Shown: one piece after another, positions 8,415 through 17,501 of the stretch
Layout: every line of letters starts with the position of its first letter
How positions within the stretch are numbered: position 1 is the first letter of the stretch
From: Candidatus Lambdaproteobacteria bacterium RIFOXYD2_FULL_56_26
GTDB taxonomy: Bacteria; SAR324; XYD2-FULL-50-16
Direction: 5' to 3'
Length of the DNA stretch: 64,000 nt
Assembly: GCA_001783715.1 (NCBI GenBank)
Contig: MFNF01000027.1
Span: 3,290 to 67,289, forward strand
Program-made: the position numbers and the translations under genes
Notes under the pieces: model-generated
Database searches by the model: none
Seen by the model: only the letters and a program-made list of their open reading frames with translations
Told to the model about the DNA's origin: nothing

Positions 8415-9740
8415 TTAGGGGCCAAGGGGCAGCGCCAGGTAGATGGATTCTCCGTCTCGTTTGAGCAACAGCCGCATCCGTCCTCTGGATTTCTGCTGGG
8501 CCTTCTCGAAGTCGGCCAATTTGTTGAGCCGCAGTCCGTCCACTTCCACCAGGATGTCCCCCCGGCGGATGCCCTTTTCATAGGCCAGGGAATCCGGGTC
8601 CACCTCCACCACCAGCAGCCCGATCTTCTCCTTGATTCCCCATTCCTGGCGGAGCGTTGGGTCGATCTCAGCCAGTTGGAAGCCCAAGGGGTTGGGTTCC
8701 TCCTCGTTGGTGGCGATTTCGCTTTCCGGCCGTTTGCCCAAGGTGACGGACAGGGCAAGGGACTTGTTGGCCCGGAATACCTTTAATTTGACCACCGAGC
8801 CGGGCTTGGCTTCGGCGACGGTTTGTTGCAGTTGGGTGGTTTTGTCCACCCCTCGTCCCTCAATTTCGGTGATCACGTCCCCTTGTTTGAGTCCGCCCTT
8901 CTCTGCCGGGGAATCGGGGCCGATCGAGGTGACCACGATTCCCTTGGAATCCTTGTCCAGCCCAAAGCTCAAGGCGAGGTCCTCGTTCATCTCTTGGATG
9001 CCGATGCCCAGCCAGCCCCGCTCCACTTTGCCGGAGGTCTTGAGCTGGTCGAAGATGGTTTTTGCCAGATTGATCGGGATGGCAAAGCCCAGGCCTTGGC
9101 CCTGGGCGATGGCCGTATTGATCCCCACCACCTTGCCTTGTACGTCAAACAAAGGCCCGCCGGAGTTGCCGGGGTTGATGGCAGCATCGGTCTGCAAAAA
9201 TTGGCCATAAGCCGTTCCGCCGAAAATGTCCCGCCCCTTGGCGCTGATGATCCCCGCCGTGACGGTGTAGTCCAGGCCCAGCGGGTTGCCGATAGCCAGC
9301 ACCCAGTCCCCGACCTCCAGCTTTTCCGAATCTCCCAAAAGGACCGGTTTGAGGCCCTTGGCCTCCACCTTGATCAAGGCCAGATCGGTGATGGCATCGG
9401 TACCCACCACTTTGGCTTCATAGGTCTTGCCGTCGTAAAAGGTCACTTCGATCTTGTCGGCTCGCTCCACTACGTGGTTGTTGGTGACGATGTAGCCGTC
9501 TTCGGAAAAAACAAACCCCGAACCCAGAGCCGAGCTTTTCTTGGGCCGGGGGCCCAAAAAACGGTCCATCAAGGGGTCCCGTTGGGAACCCTTGGGTCCC
9601 GGCGGGGTGACCGAAGAGGTGGAGATGTGCACCACCTTGGTTCGTTCGGACCGGACGATGGGAGCAAAGCTTTCCATGCCCCAGGCAAAGGGGGCGGCGC
9701 AAACAAAGAGACTCAAGGCCAGCAGGCAATTCCTAAACAT
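8415..9740 (-). CDS. htrA: Do/DegP/HtrA family periplasmic serine protease with two PDZ domains
   Basis: LGSGFV, TNNHVV, DLALIK, TDAAINPGNSGGPL; start placed at MFRNCLL (TGATG overlap at 9740). Confidence 0.93.
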   Translation of the reverse strand: MFRNCLLALSLFVCAAPFAWGMESFAPIVRSERTKVVHISTSSVTPPGPKGSQRDPLMDRFLGPRPKKSSALGSGFVFSEDGYIVTNNHVVERADKIEVTFYDGKTYEAKVVGTDAITDLALIKVEAKGLKPVLLGDSEKLEVGDWVLAIGNPLGLDYTVTAGIISAKGRDIFGGTAYGQFLQTDAAINPGNSGGPLFDVQGKVVGINTAIAQGQGLGFAIPINLAKTIFDQLKTSGKVERGWLGIGIQEMNEDLALSFGLDKDSKGIVVTSIGPDSPAEKGGLKQGDVITEIEGRGVDKTTQLQQTVAEAKPGSVVKLKVFRANKSLALSVTLGKRPESEIATNEEEPNPLGFQLAEIDPTLRQEWGIKEKIGLLVVEVDPDSLAYEKGIRRGDILVEVDGLRLNKLADFEKAQQKSRGRMRLLLKRDGESIYLALPLGP

Positions 9741-10021
9741 CAATCCTCGTCTGAAAAGAGATCTTCGGCATCCGACTCGGCCACAAAAACCTTGAAACCG
9801 TATTCCCTCAAGCCCCGCAGCCGGGGGTCCTTTTTTTGGTTGGCCAAGCCGCATTTGGCGCAGGTGCAATGGATGTTGTGGGTCTTTTGGTATTTTTTGA
9901 GCCTCATTTGGGTCAGGTCTTTTCCTTCCTTCTCCAGGTCGAGCAGGAGCTTTTCGATCTCCTTCATCGCCTTTTTCAAGATCAATTCCCGTTTGGCCGG
10001 AGAATCCTTTTTGAACATCAT
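9740..10021 (-). CDS. Small hypothetical protein with HCxCxxC cluster (possible metal binding)
   Basis: Overlaps both neighbours at start/stop codons; HNIHCTCAKCG. Confidence 0.7.
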   Translation of the reverse strand: MMFKKDSPAKRELILKKAMKEIEKLLLDLEKEGKDLTQMRLKKYQKTHNIHCTCAKCGLANQKKDPRLRGLREYGFKVFVAESDAEDLFSDED

Positions 10022-10911
10022 GGGGCCAACAGTCGCAAAAGTTTTTCCCCCAACAGGGCTACAAACAAGGTGGTGCTGATCCAGCCGTTGAGGTTAAAGG
10101 CCAAGTTGACCTTGGAAAGGTCGCCTTTGCCGATCAGGCCGTGTTCGTAAAGAAGCATCCCGGCCCCGGCCACCGCTCCCAGCCAGTAGGGCCAAAGGAG
10201 CCCCAGGTGCAGACCCAAAAAAAACCAAAGCCCGATGCAGCCCAGGTGCAGCAGCCTGGCCACCCACAAGGCCCCGGTCACCCCCAAGCGGGCGGGGATC
10301 GAGGAGAGCCCTTCTTGGAGGTCGAAGTCTCGGTCCTGCAATGCGTAAAGAATGTCAAACCCGGCAATCCAGGTCATCACCGAAAGACCCAGGACCAAGG
10401 GGGCCAAGGCGAGTTCTCCGGTGATGGCAATCCAAGCGGCAATGGGGCTCGTCCCGATCGCCAGACCCAAAAACAGGTGGCACCAAGCGGTAAAACGTTT
10501 GGTGTAAGAATAAAAGGAAACCAGAAAAATGGCAACGGGACTGAGCGCAAACGCCAAGGGGTTGAGCAGATAGGCACAAAGGACCAGGACGGCGTAGCTG
10601 GCAAAAATCATCCCCACCATCACCGGCACCGAGACCTCGCCGGTCACCGAAGGCCGCAGGGCGGTCCGGGGGTTCTTGCGGTCAAAGTGACGGTCCACCA
10701 GACGGTTGAAGCCCATCGCTCCGGTCCGGGCTCCGCCCATGGCCACCACCACCAACAGGAGCATCCAGCCCCCTTCCCGCCAGCTTTGGGGCGGGGCGAC
10801 CGCCAACCCCAAAACCGCACCCATCAGGGCGAAGGGCAGGGCAAACACCGTGTGGGAGAACTTGATCAGTTCCAAGAACTTGACCACTCCTTGGGCCGTC
10901 CCGGCGGCCAT
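10018..10911 (-). CDS. mqnP: UbiA-family prenyltransferase, MqnP-like (futalosine menaquinone pathway)
   Basis: IKFSHTVFALPF, GFNRLVDRHFDRKNPRT and GFDILYALQD motifs; mqnA is present in the same window. Confidence 0.8.
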   Translation of the reverse strand: MAAGTAQGVVKFLELIKFSHTVFALPFALMGAVLGLAVAPPQSWREGGWMLLLVVVAMGGARTGAMGFNRLVDRHFDRKNPRTALRPSVTGEVSVPVMVGMIFASYAVLVLCAYLLNPLAFALSPVAIFLVSFYSYTKRFTAWCHLFLGLAIGTSPIAAWIAITGELALAPLVLGLSVMTWIAGFDILYALQDRDFDLQEGLSSIPARLGVTGALWVARLLHLGCIGLWFFLGLHLGLLWPYWLGAVAGAGMLLYEHGLIGKGDLSKVNLAFNLNGWISTTLFVALLGEKLLRLLAP

Positions 10912-12260
10912 CAGAGGATGTACCGAGAAAGGTCCCGGTTGGCGGCGATGTCCGCCAGACGGTCTTTGACGTATTGGGCGGTGATCAAGATGGTCTGGTT
11001 GGGCAGCTCGGGGGCCGAGAAACTGACCTCTTCCAAAAGCTTTTCCAAAATGGCGTGGAGCCTTCGGGCTCCGATGTTTTCGGCCTGATCGTTGACCAGG
11101 GTCGCCAACTCGGCCAGCTCTTCCACTGCCTCGGGGGCAAACTCCAGCTGCACCCCTTCTGTCTTCAAAAGCTCGACATACTGCAAGACCAAGCTGTTTT
11201 GGGGCTCGGTCAGGATGCGGACAAAGTCTTCCTTTTTGAGGCTTTCCAGCTCGACCCGAATCGGGAAACGGCCTTGCAGCTCGGGGATCAGGTCGCTGGG
11301 TTTGGAGACGTGGAAGGCACCGGCGGCGATAAAAAGGATGTGGTCGGTTTGGATGGGGCCGTACTTGGTGTTGACCCGACTGCCTTCGATGATCGGCAGC
11401 AGGTCCCGCTGCACCCCTTCTCGGCTCACTTCTCCTTGGTTGCCGCTGCCTGCCTTGGAGGCGATTTTGTCGATCTCGTCGATAAAAACAATCCCGGTGT
11501 TTTCGACCCGGGTGATCACCTCAAAGCCCAGGTCCTCTTGGTCGATCAACCGTTCCGATTCTTCCTGGCTGAAGATTTTGCGGGCTTCGGCGACGGTGGC
11601 CTTGCGGTTTTTGGCCTGCCGGGGCATGAACTTGCTCATGATGTCCTTGAGGTTCATGTCCATCGAGTCATTGCCGGTGACCGGGAACAACTCGATCGAG
11701 GCCCCCAGATTGGGCCGCTCCACTTGGATCTCCAGGATTTTGTCTTCCAGCTCTCCCTTTTCCAACTTGTGCCGGAAGCTTTCCCGTAGGGCCGAACCGT
11801 CCCGGAAGCTGCCTTCGGTGTGGGGGCTCAAGTTTTGGGGCGGGACCAAAAGGTCGAGCAGCCGCTCAGTGGTGGCGGCAGCGGCCTTTTCCTTGACCGC
11901 CTCCATCCGCTCGGCCTTGATTTGGGCCACGGCGATTTCCGCCAGATCCCGGATGATCGACTCCACATCCCGGCCTACGTAACCCACTTCGGTAAACTTG
12001 CTGGCCTCGACTTTGAGGAACGGTGCTCCTTCCAGCTTGGCGATTCTCCGGGCGATTTCGGTTTTGCCGACCCCGGTGGGGCCGATCATGATGATGTTTT
12101 TGGGGCTGATCTCCTCCCTCAGTTCCTCGGGCACCTGCATCCGCCGCCAGCGGTTGCGCAGGGCGATGGCGACACTTTTTTTCGCTGCCTTTTGGCCAAC
12201 AATGTACCGGTCCAAAAATTCGACCGTTTCTCTGGGGGTCCGTTCCTGGGTGTGTTTCAC
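10911..12260 (-). CDS. hslU: ATP-dependent protease ATPase subunit HslU
   Basis: [44 protein letters not shown]; GTG start overlapping the hslV stop. Confidence 0.97.
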   Translation of the reverse strand: MKHTQERTPRETVEFLDRYIVGQKAAKKSVAIALRNRWRRMQVPEELREEISPKNIIMIGPTGVGKTEIARRIAKLEGAPFLKVEASKFTEVGYVGRDVESIIRDLAEIAVAQIKAERMEAVKEKAAAATTERLLDLLVPPQNLSPHTEGSFRDGSALRESFRHKLEKGELEDKILEIQVERPNLGASIELFPVTGNDSMDMNLKDIMSKFMPRQAKNRKATVAEARKIFSQEESERLIDQEDLGFEVITRVENTGIVFIDEIDKIASKAGSGNQGEVSREGVQRDLLPIIEGSRVNTKYGPIQTDHILFIAAGAFHVSKPSDLIPELQGRFPIRVELESLKKEDFVRILTEPQNSLVLQYVELLKTEGVQLEFAPEAVEELAELATLVNDQAENIGARRLHAILEKLLEEVSFSAPELPNQTILITAQYVKDRLADIAANRDLSRYIL

Positions 12261-12784
12261 TTGGAGTCGATCTCTAGGGTCTGGAATTGGTTGTTGGAGT
12301 AGATACAAATTTCCGAAGCCACCGTCATGGATTCCTTGACGATTTCGGCGGCCGAAAGGTCGGTATTGCGGATCAGAGCCCGGGCCGCAGAAAGGGCGAA
12401 GGCCCCTCCCGAGCCGATCGAAAGGATCCCATCATCAGGCTCGATCACGTCTCCATTGCCCGAGATGATCAGGCTTTTGTTTTCGTCAGCCACCGCCAGG
12501 AGCGCTTCGAGGTTACGCAGCATCTTGTTGGTCCGCCAGTCTTTGGCCAGTTCCACCGCCGCCCGCAAAAGGTTGCCGTGGTATTCCTCCAGCTTGCCGT
12601 CAAACTTCTCGAACAAGGTAAAGGCATCGGCGGTACTCCCGGCAAACCCGGCCAGGACCTTTCCGTTGTAGGTGCTACGGAGTTTTTTGGCGGTCCCCTT
12701 CATCACCTGGTTGCCCAAGGTTACCTGCCCGTCTCCGGCCATCACCAGCTTGCCCTTTCGGCGTACACAAAGAATGGTTGTCAT
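12257..12784 (-). CDS. hslV: ATP-dependent protease peptidase subunit HslV
   Basis: N-terminal [29 protein letters not shown]. Confidence 0.97.
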   Translation of the reverse strand: MTTILCVRRKGKLVMAGDGQVTLGNQVMKGTAKKLRSTYNGKVLAGFAGSTADAFTLFEKFDGKLEEYHGNLLRAAVELAKDWRTNKMLRNLEALLAVADENKSLIISGNGDVIEPDDGILSIGSGGAFALSAARALIRNTDLSAAEIVKESMTVASEICIYSNNQFQTLEIDSK

Positions 12785-13386
12785 GGTTCTCCTGGATTGG
12801 ACACCGAAAGTTTCCCCTGGCCCAACAAAAAGACCTCGCTGGATTCCTTCCTGGAACTTTTGGGTTTAAAGGGCTTGACCTTGGTGTACTCGGTTTTCAT
12901 TTGTTTGAGCAAGGGCTCGAATGCCGGGCCGTGGAAAACTTTGATCAAACAGTCCCCCCCGGTTTTCAGCCACCTTCTGGCCACCCAAAGGGCCATCTGG
13001 TTGAGCCCCAAGACCCGGGCCCCATCGGTCGCCTTGTGCCCGGTGGTGCTGGGGGCCATGTCCGAAAGGACCAGATCAAAAGGCACGCCGTAGGGGGCCA
13101 AGGTTTCCAGGTCCAAGGAAAGGATGTCCTGGTGCAAAAAAGCTTGGTTGGGGCCTAAGCCCATCTCCAGGTTTTGGATGTCGATCCCCAACACCTTTCC
13201 TTTTGGCCCCACCCGCTTGGCGGTGTACTGCATCCAGGAACCGGGGAAGCAACCCAGGTCCAGGACACAAAAACCGGGCCGGATCAGCCCTTGTTTCTGG
13301 TCGATCTCTTCGAGCTTGTAGGCCGAACGGGCTACGTAACCTTCGGTTTTGGCCTTTTTGAAGTAATGGTCTTGGACTTCCTTCAC
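12781..13386 (-). CDS. rlmE: 23S rRNA Um2552 methyltransferase RlmE/FtsJ
   Basis: [47 protein letters not shown]. Confidence 0.92.
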   Translation of the reverse strand: MKEVQDHYFKKAKTEGYVARSAYKLEEIDQKQGLIRPGFCVLDLGCFPGSWMQYTAKRVGPKGKVLGIDIQNLEMGLGPNQAFLHQDILSLDLETLAPYGVPFDLVLSDMAPSTTGHKATDGARVLGLNQMALWVARRWLKTGGDCLIKVFHGPAFEPLLKQMKTEYTKVKPFKPKSSRKESSEVFLLGQGKLSVSNPGEP

Positions 13387-14147
13387 CGCTCCCCTGCCTT
13401 GGCACCTTGCCACAGCGCTTCCATTTGGTTGAGGTCCAAGGTTTGGCCCTGGGCCTTGGCCGCCTCGATACCCGATTCCACCTGTTCAAACCGACGGATA
13501 AACTTGTTGTTGCTTTGCTGCAACGCCAGCTCTGGGTTGATCTTGCACTTGCGGGCCAAACTGACCACCGAAGCCAGCAGGTCGCCGATCTCCGATTCCA
13601 AGGCCACCTTGTCACCCTTTTTTAACTCCACCTCCACTTCGGCCAATTCCTCTTTGATCTTGTCCAGCACTCCGTCCGTGTTCGGCCAATCAAAACCCAG
13701 CTTGGCCGCCCGTTCGCCGATTTTTTTGGCCCGCAAGAGGGCCGGTTTGGCCTTGGGGATGTCCGCAAAAAGCTTGGGGGTTTGTTTCTCTTGGGCTTTG
13801 ATTTGGTCCCACTGGCGGGTCAATTGGTCCTGGTTTTGGTCTTTGGCCGCCGGGCCGAAGACATGGGGGTGCCTACGGATCATCTTTTTACTGATCCCTT
13901 GGATCACCTCTTCGATCCCAAAGCGGCCCTCCTCCTTGGCAATCTGGGCATGAAGCACCACCTGCAAGAGCAGGTCTCCCAGTTCATCGGCCAAGTCCTG
14001 TCCCAGCCGTGCCTCTTGGACCTCCTCAATCACTTCGTAGGCCTCCTCCAAGAGGTAGGGCAAAAGGCTCAGGTGGCTTTGCTCCTTGTCCCAAGGGCAG
14101 CCATCCGGGCCTCTGAGTTGGGCGACAATCTCGATCAATCGGTTCAT
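13383..14147 (-). CDS. mazG: Nucleoside triphosphate pyrophosphohydrolase MazG
   Basis: LRGPDGCPWDKEQ, EEAYEV, ELGDLLLQVVLH, RRHPHVF, GFDW. Confidence 0.95.
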   Translation of the reverse strand: MNRLIEIVAQLRGPDGCPWDKEQSHLSLLPYLLEEAYEVIEEVQEARLGQDLADELGDLLLQVVLHAQIAKEEGRFGIEEVIQGISKKMIRRHPHVFGPAAKDQNQDQLTRQWDQIKAQEKQTPKLFADIPKAKPALLRAKKIGERAAKLGFDWPNTDGVLDKIKEELAEVEVELKKGDKVALESEIGDLLASVVSLARKCKINPELALQQSNNKFIRRFEQVESGIEAAKAQGQTLDLNQMEALWQGAKAGER

Positions 14148-14182
14148 GGGGTCTCGTTGGGGGGCCTAAAACATTGGTCTCC

Positions 14183-14211
14183 ATTTTGGGGTATGGGCGG
14201 AGCCTTGTCAA
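14183..14211 (-). promoter_or_regulatory. Possible sigma70 promoter of the mazG-hslVU operon
   Basis: Minus strand TTGACA-17 bp-CAAAAT upstream of mazG. Confidence 0.4.
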
Positions 14212-14276
14212 TCCACAGCCCTTGCCAGGAGCCGCCGGATTGCCTAGATTGGGATTTTTATCTTTGGAGAACCCCT

Positions 14277-15155
14277 ATGTCCCCATTGGTTTCGGTGATC
14301 ATGCCGGCCTACCAATCCGAAGAATTCCTCTTGGATGCCATGGCCTCGGTGCTCAACCAGAGCCACCGGGAACTGGAGCTGATCCTGGTCAACGACGGAG
14401 CCAAGGACCGGACTTTGGAGCTGGCCTTGTCGGTCAAAGACCCAAGGGTGAGGGTGATCGACCAACCCAACCAAGGCCCGGCTGGGGCGAGAAACAAGGG
14501 GCTGGAGCTGGCCCAGGGGAGCTGGGTGGCCTTTTTGGATGCCGACGACCTATGGCTGCCCCAAAAGCTGGAACTCCAGCTTGCGGCGGCGGCGGGACGG
14601 GAGGTGATGGTCTATTCGGACTACCAGATGTTCCAAGGGGACCAGGAATCCAGCCCCAAGTCCTTCACCTTTTGCCCTTGGTTTGAACGACAGGGGGACT
14701 TGTACCGCCAGTTGATCCAGCACAATTTTGTGGGCACCTTGACGGTCCTTTTGCCCAAGGCGGTGGTGGACCGGGTGGGCCGGTTCAACCAAGACCTCTT
14801 TGGCCCGGAGGATTGGGATTACTGGATTCGGGTGGCCAAGGAGGTCCCTTTGGTTTACCTGGACCAACCGCTGGCTCGGTACCGGCAACATGAGGCGGGG
14901 ATTTCCAAGGACTATGGAAGGTACGAACAAAGCCTGCAAAAGGTTTATGACACCTACCTGCTGACCCAGGGAACCAAAGAGGAGATCAGCTTTGGGCTGT
15001 GGCTCTTTTACCGGCACATGGCCCACGGCTTTGCCCGGCAAAAGGCGGGGCGCAAGGCGTTGCGCCTTTGGCGGCAAGCCCTCGCCTGCCGCCCTTGGGT
15101 CAAGGAAAACCTGCTCAGCCTGGGTTATGTATTGTTCAAGGGCTTTGGCCCCTGA
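14277..15155 (+). CDS. Glycosyltransferase family 2
   Basis: VSVIMPAY, VNDG, NQGPAGARNKGL, FLDADD, EDWDYW; start at MSPLVSV after GGAG. Confidence 0.92.
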   Translation: MSPLVSVIMPAYQSEEFLLDAMASVLNQSHRELELILVNDGAKDRTLELALSVKDPRVRVIDQPNQGPAGARNKGLELAQGSWVAFLDADDLWLPQKLELQLAAAAGREVMVYSDYQMFQGDQESSPKSFTFCPWFERQGDLYRQLIQHNFVGTLTVLLPKAVVDRVGRFNQDLFGPEDWDYWIRVAKEVPLVYLDQPLARYRQHEAGISKDYGRYEQSLQKVYDTYLLTQGTKEEISFGLWLFYRHMAHGFARQKAGRKALRLWRQALACRPWVKENLLSLGYVLFKGFGP

Positions 15156-15760
15156 AGGCCGGATTTGGCCCGTTTGCTCTTTTTGGCGGTCGGCTTTGCC
15201 ACCGGACTGAGGAAGTTCCGGTGCAGGTCCTGGCTCAGGGCCTGCCTAGAGATGCCCAGCAGACGGGCGGCCTTGGTGTGGTTGTTGTTGGTCCGGGTCA
15301 TGGCTTCCTGGATCAAGGCCACTCGGCCGGCCTTGAGGTTCAGGTCGCTCAACACCACTCCGCCGTTTTTCGAGGCTGGCGCTTGTTGGGTCAGCAGTCT
15401 TTGGCTCCGGGCGTTGGCCTGGAGCAGCAAGGAGGCGAGCCGGATCAGGTGGGCCAAAAAAGGTGCATGTCCGGGCAGTTGGAATACCAAACAATGGCGA
15501 GGCAGCTTTTTGCGGGGGCTGCGCAACGCCGCACAGATCAGGATGCGGCCCGGATAGGTCTTGGACAGACGGTTGATCAGCCCCGAATCGCTGGGGTAAA
15601 CCAAGACCGGCCCTTGGCTGTTCTCCAGCTCCGCCCCTTTCTCGGAAACCTCCCAGAGCAGTGAAAAAAGCTGTTCCCCCAACCCTTCCTTCAAAGGATC
15701 GGTCGAGCTGTTGCGGGACCGGATCAGCAGGATCGGTTCGTGGTAAGAAGCTGCATTCAT
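15125..15760 (-). CDS. Hypothetical protein with C-terminal Fis-type HTH
   Basis: IQEAMTRTNNNHTKAARLLGISRQAL is a Fis/HTH_8 signature; N-terminal part not recognised (possibly degenerate receiver-like). Confidence 0.65.
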   Translation of the reverse strand: MNAASYHEPILLIRSRNSSTDPLKEGLGEQLFSLLWEVSEKGAELENSQGPVLVYPSDSGLINRLSKTYPGRILICAALRSPRKKLPRHCLVFQLPGHAPFLAHLIRLASLLLQANARSQRLLTQQAPASKNGGVVLSDLNLKAGRVALIQEAMTRTNNNHTKAARLLGISRQALSQDLHRNFLSPVAKPTAKKSKRAKSGLQGPKPLNNT

Positions 15761-15850
15761 CCTTGCACCTCACATAAATTCCGCAGAAACAGCTTTTTTG
15801 ACCGGCCCCGGTCATTGGGCCCGGAAAGCTGCCGCAAAAGAATTGGGATG

Positions 15851-15925
15851 AAGGTAGCAGGTCCCCCAAAGACTTTCGAGGGCATAAACCGGACATGGCA
15901 GGGGACAAAAACCGGACATTCCTTG
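15851..15925 (-). promoter_or_regulatory. Four-box phased ATGTCC/ATGCCC array plus extended -10 (TGcTACCTT), copy B
   Basis: Minus strand CAAGGA ATGTCC GGTTT TTGTCC CCTGCC ATGTCC GGTTT ATGCCC, then 23 bp, then TACCTT. Confidence 0.7.
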
Positions 15926-15959
15926 TAGAACAAGGACAGAAAAGGGAATTTGGGGAGGC

Positions 15960-17006
15960 TTAGGGGGAAGATTCCCGGAAAAGAGTCACCATTTTGGGGT
16001 CACTTAGCTCCTTTGCCAGCTCCCAAGCGGACACTTTGTCCCTATTTTTACCCATTGGGTCTGCACCGGCCTGCAAGAGCCGCTGGACCACCAAAGGGAA
16101 GCCCAGCCGCAAGGCCAGGTGCAGGGGCAATTCCCCCTGGGGGTCGGGCCGATTTGGGTTTGCGGGCTTGGGGGCTTGGTCGGAAAAAAGCTGGGAGACA
16201 CAGGCCACAAAGTTGGACCGAATGGCCCGAAACAGTGGCAGGTCCCCCCGGTAGTCCGGTAGGTTGGGGTTTGCCCCTTGGTTCATCAACAGGCCCAAAG
16301 GGGTGAGGTTGTTGTGGGCCGCCGCCCAGGTGAGGGCGCTCCAACCCTTTTGGTCCACCCGGTCCAGCTCGCAGCCTCGCTCCAAAAACAGGGCCACCAA
16401 GGGGGAATGATTGCGGGCCGCAGCGATGATCAAGGGGGACAGGCCTTCGGTGTCCCGGGCTTCCAGGTCGGCCTGGAGGCCCAGCAGGGTTTGGGCAAAA
16501 AACAACCTGCCCCGGTGGGCGGCCCAGTGCAGCAAGGTCCAACCGTCAGGCCCGGCATAATTGACCGCAAAATCGGGGTGGAGCAACGACAAAAAAAGGT
16601 CCTGGTCTTCCAGCTCCAAGGCCTGGAGGGCCTGGAAGTATTCTTCGGCTTCCGGTGGGGCGGTGGGGCTTTGGGGAGGCCGCTGGGGGCGCTCCCCTTT
16701 GGCCAACGATGCCGCCTCTTTGGCGTACCTGGCTTTGAGCGGGGCAGTCAGGGTGGGGTTGTCAATCAAAAGTAAAAAGTCTTCATCGGTCAACCGGGGA
16801 TCCAAAAAGCTCCAGACCTCGATTTGGAAATACCTTGCGACCTCTTCGACCCGGGTGGGATTGATCCCCTGTTGCTCCCAGCGGCGCAGGGTTTTGACGT
16901 TGAGGTTCGGGAAGTTGGGTTCGTCCAACAGGCTTTCCTGGGTGTGTCCGCCATGTTTTCGGGCCAACATGAGCCGGTAACCGGAAGGAGAGAGCTCGGA
17001 CATCAT
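15960..17006 (-). CDS. N-terminal XRE-like HTH fused to ankyrin repeats
   Basis: RLMLARKHGGHTQESL...NVKTLRRWEQQG (HTH_3-like); ankyrin motifs GWTLLHWAA, GLSPLIIAA, GWSALTWAA, GDLPLFRAI, GELPLHLAL. Confidence 0.85.
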   Translation of the reverse strand: MMSELSPSGYRLMLARKHGGHTQESLLDEPNFPNLNVKTLRRWEQQGINPTRVEEVARYFQIEVWSFLDPRLTDEDFLLLIDNPTLTAPLKARYAKEAASLAKGERPQRPPQSPTAPPEAEEYFQALQALELEDQDLFLSLLHPDFAVNYAGPDGWTLLHWAAHRGRLFFAQTLLGLQADLEARDTEGLSPLIIAAARNHSPLVALFLERGCELDRVDQKGWSALTWAAAHNNLTPLGLLMNQGANPNLPDYRGDLPLFRAIRSNFVACVSQLFSDQAPKPANPNRPDPQGELPLHLALRLGFPLVVQRLLQAGADPMGKNRDKVSAWELAKELSDPKMVTLFRESSP

Positions 17007-17179
17007 CGGCAGGGGCTTGGTAAAGACATAAAAAAAACAACGAGAAAGTTCTCCAAAGTTAGCTTGGCTGAGGGGAAAACTGCAAGTCGTTTCCTACTTG
17101 TTTTCCCCAAAACCCGGCCCTACTTTACAACCCCAAGGGTTTCGTGAAGGATCAGGGCAAAACCCAACCGAGGAACCGG

Positions 17180-17494
17180 ATGAAAAAACGAATCCCCATC
17201 CCCCTGGGGGAGGGAAAGGAAATTTGGGTGGAGTTGGAGGAATCAGTTGATCCGAATTCGGTGGCCAGCAACCGCCCCGAATACTACAGCCGCAGCCAGC
17301 AGCTGGGCGAGGCGGTGGAGGTGATTCGGCCCTTGGTGGAGAAGATCACCAGCCCTTTGCTGGGGCTCAGCCAAAAGCCGACCCAGATTGAACTGGAATT
17401 TGCCTTCCGGTTTGGCTCGGAAGCGGAGGTGATCCTGACCCCCAGCCCTTCTGAGGCGCTGGTGAAGGTCAAGCTTTCCTTTTCCCCTCAATAG
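17180..17494 (+). CDS. Trypsin-co-occurring domain 1 (Trypco1 / CU044_2847-like) protein
   Basis: IPLGEGKEIWVE...AVEVIRPLVEKI...KPTQIELEFAFRF..EA.VI......EA.VKVKLSF matches the family pattern as I recall it. Confidence 0.7.
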   Translation: MKKRIPIPLGEGKEIWVELEESVDPNSVASNRPEYYSRSQQLGEAVEVIRPLVEKITSPLLGLSQKPTQIELEFAFRFGSEAEVILTPSPSEALVKVKLSFSPQ

Positions 17495-17501
17495 TTTCCC
17501 C

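Noticed and set aside
13782-14276. N-terminal extension of the glycosyltransferase ORF
   Set aside because: It lies antisense to mazG; the GT2 motif and RBS support a start at 14277
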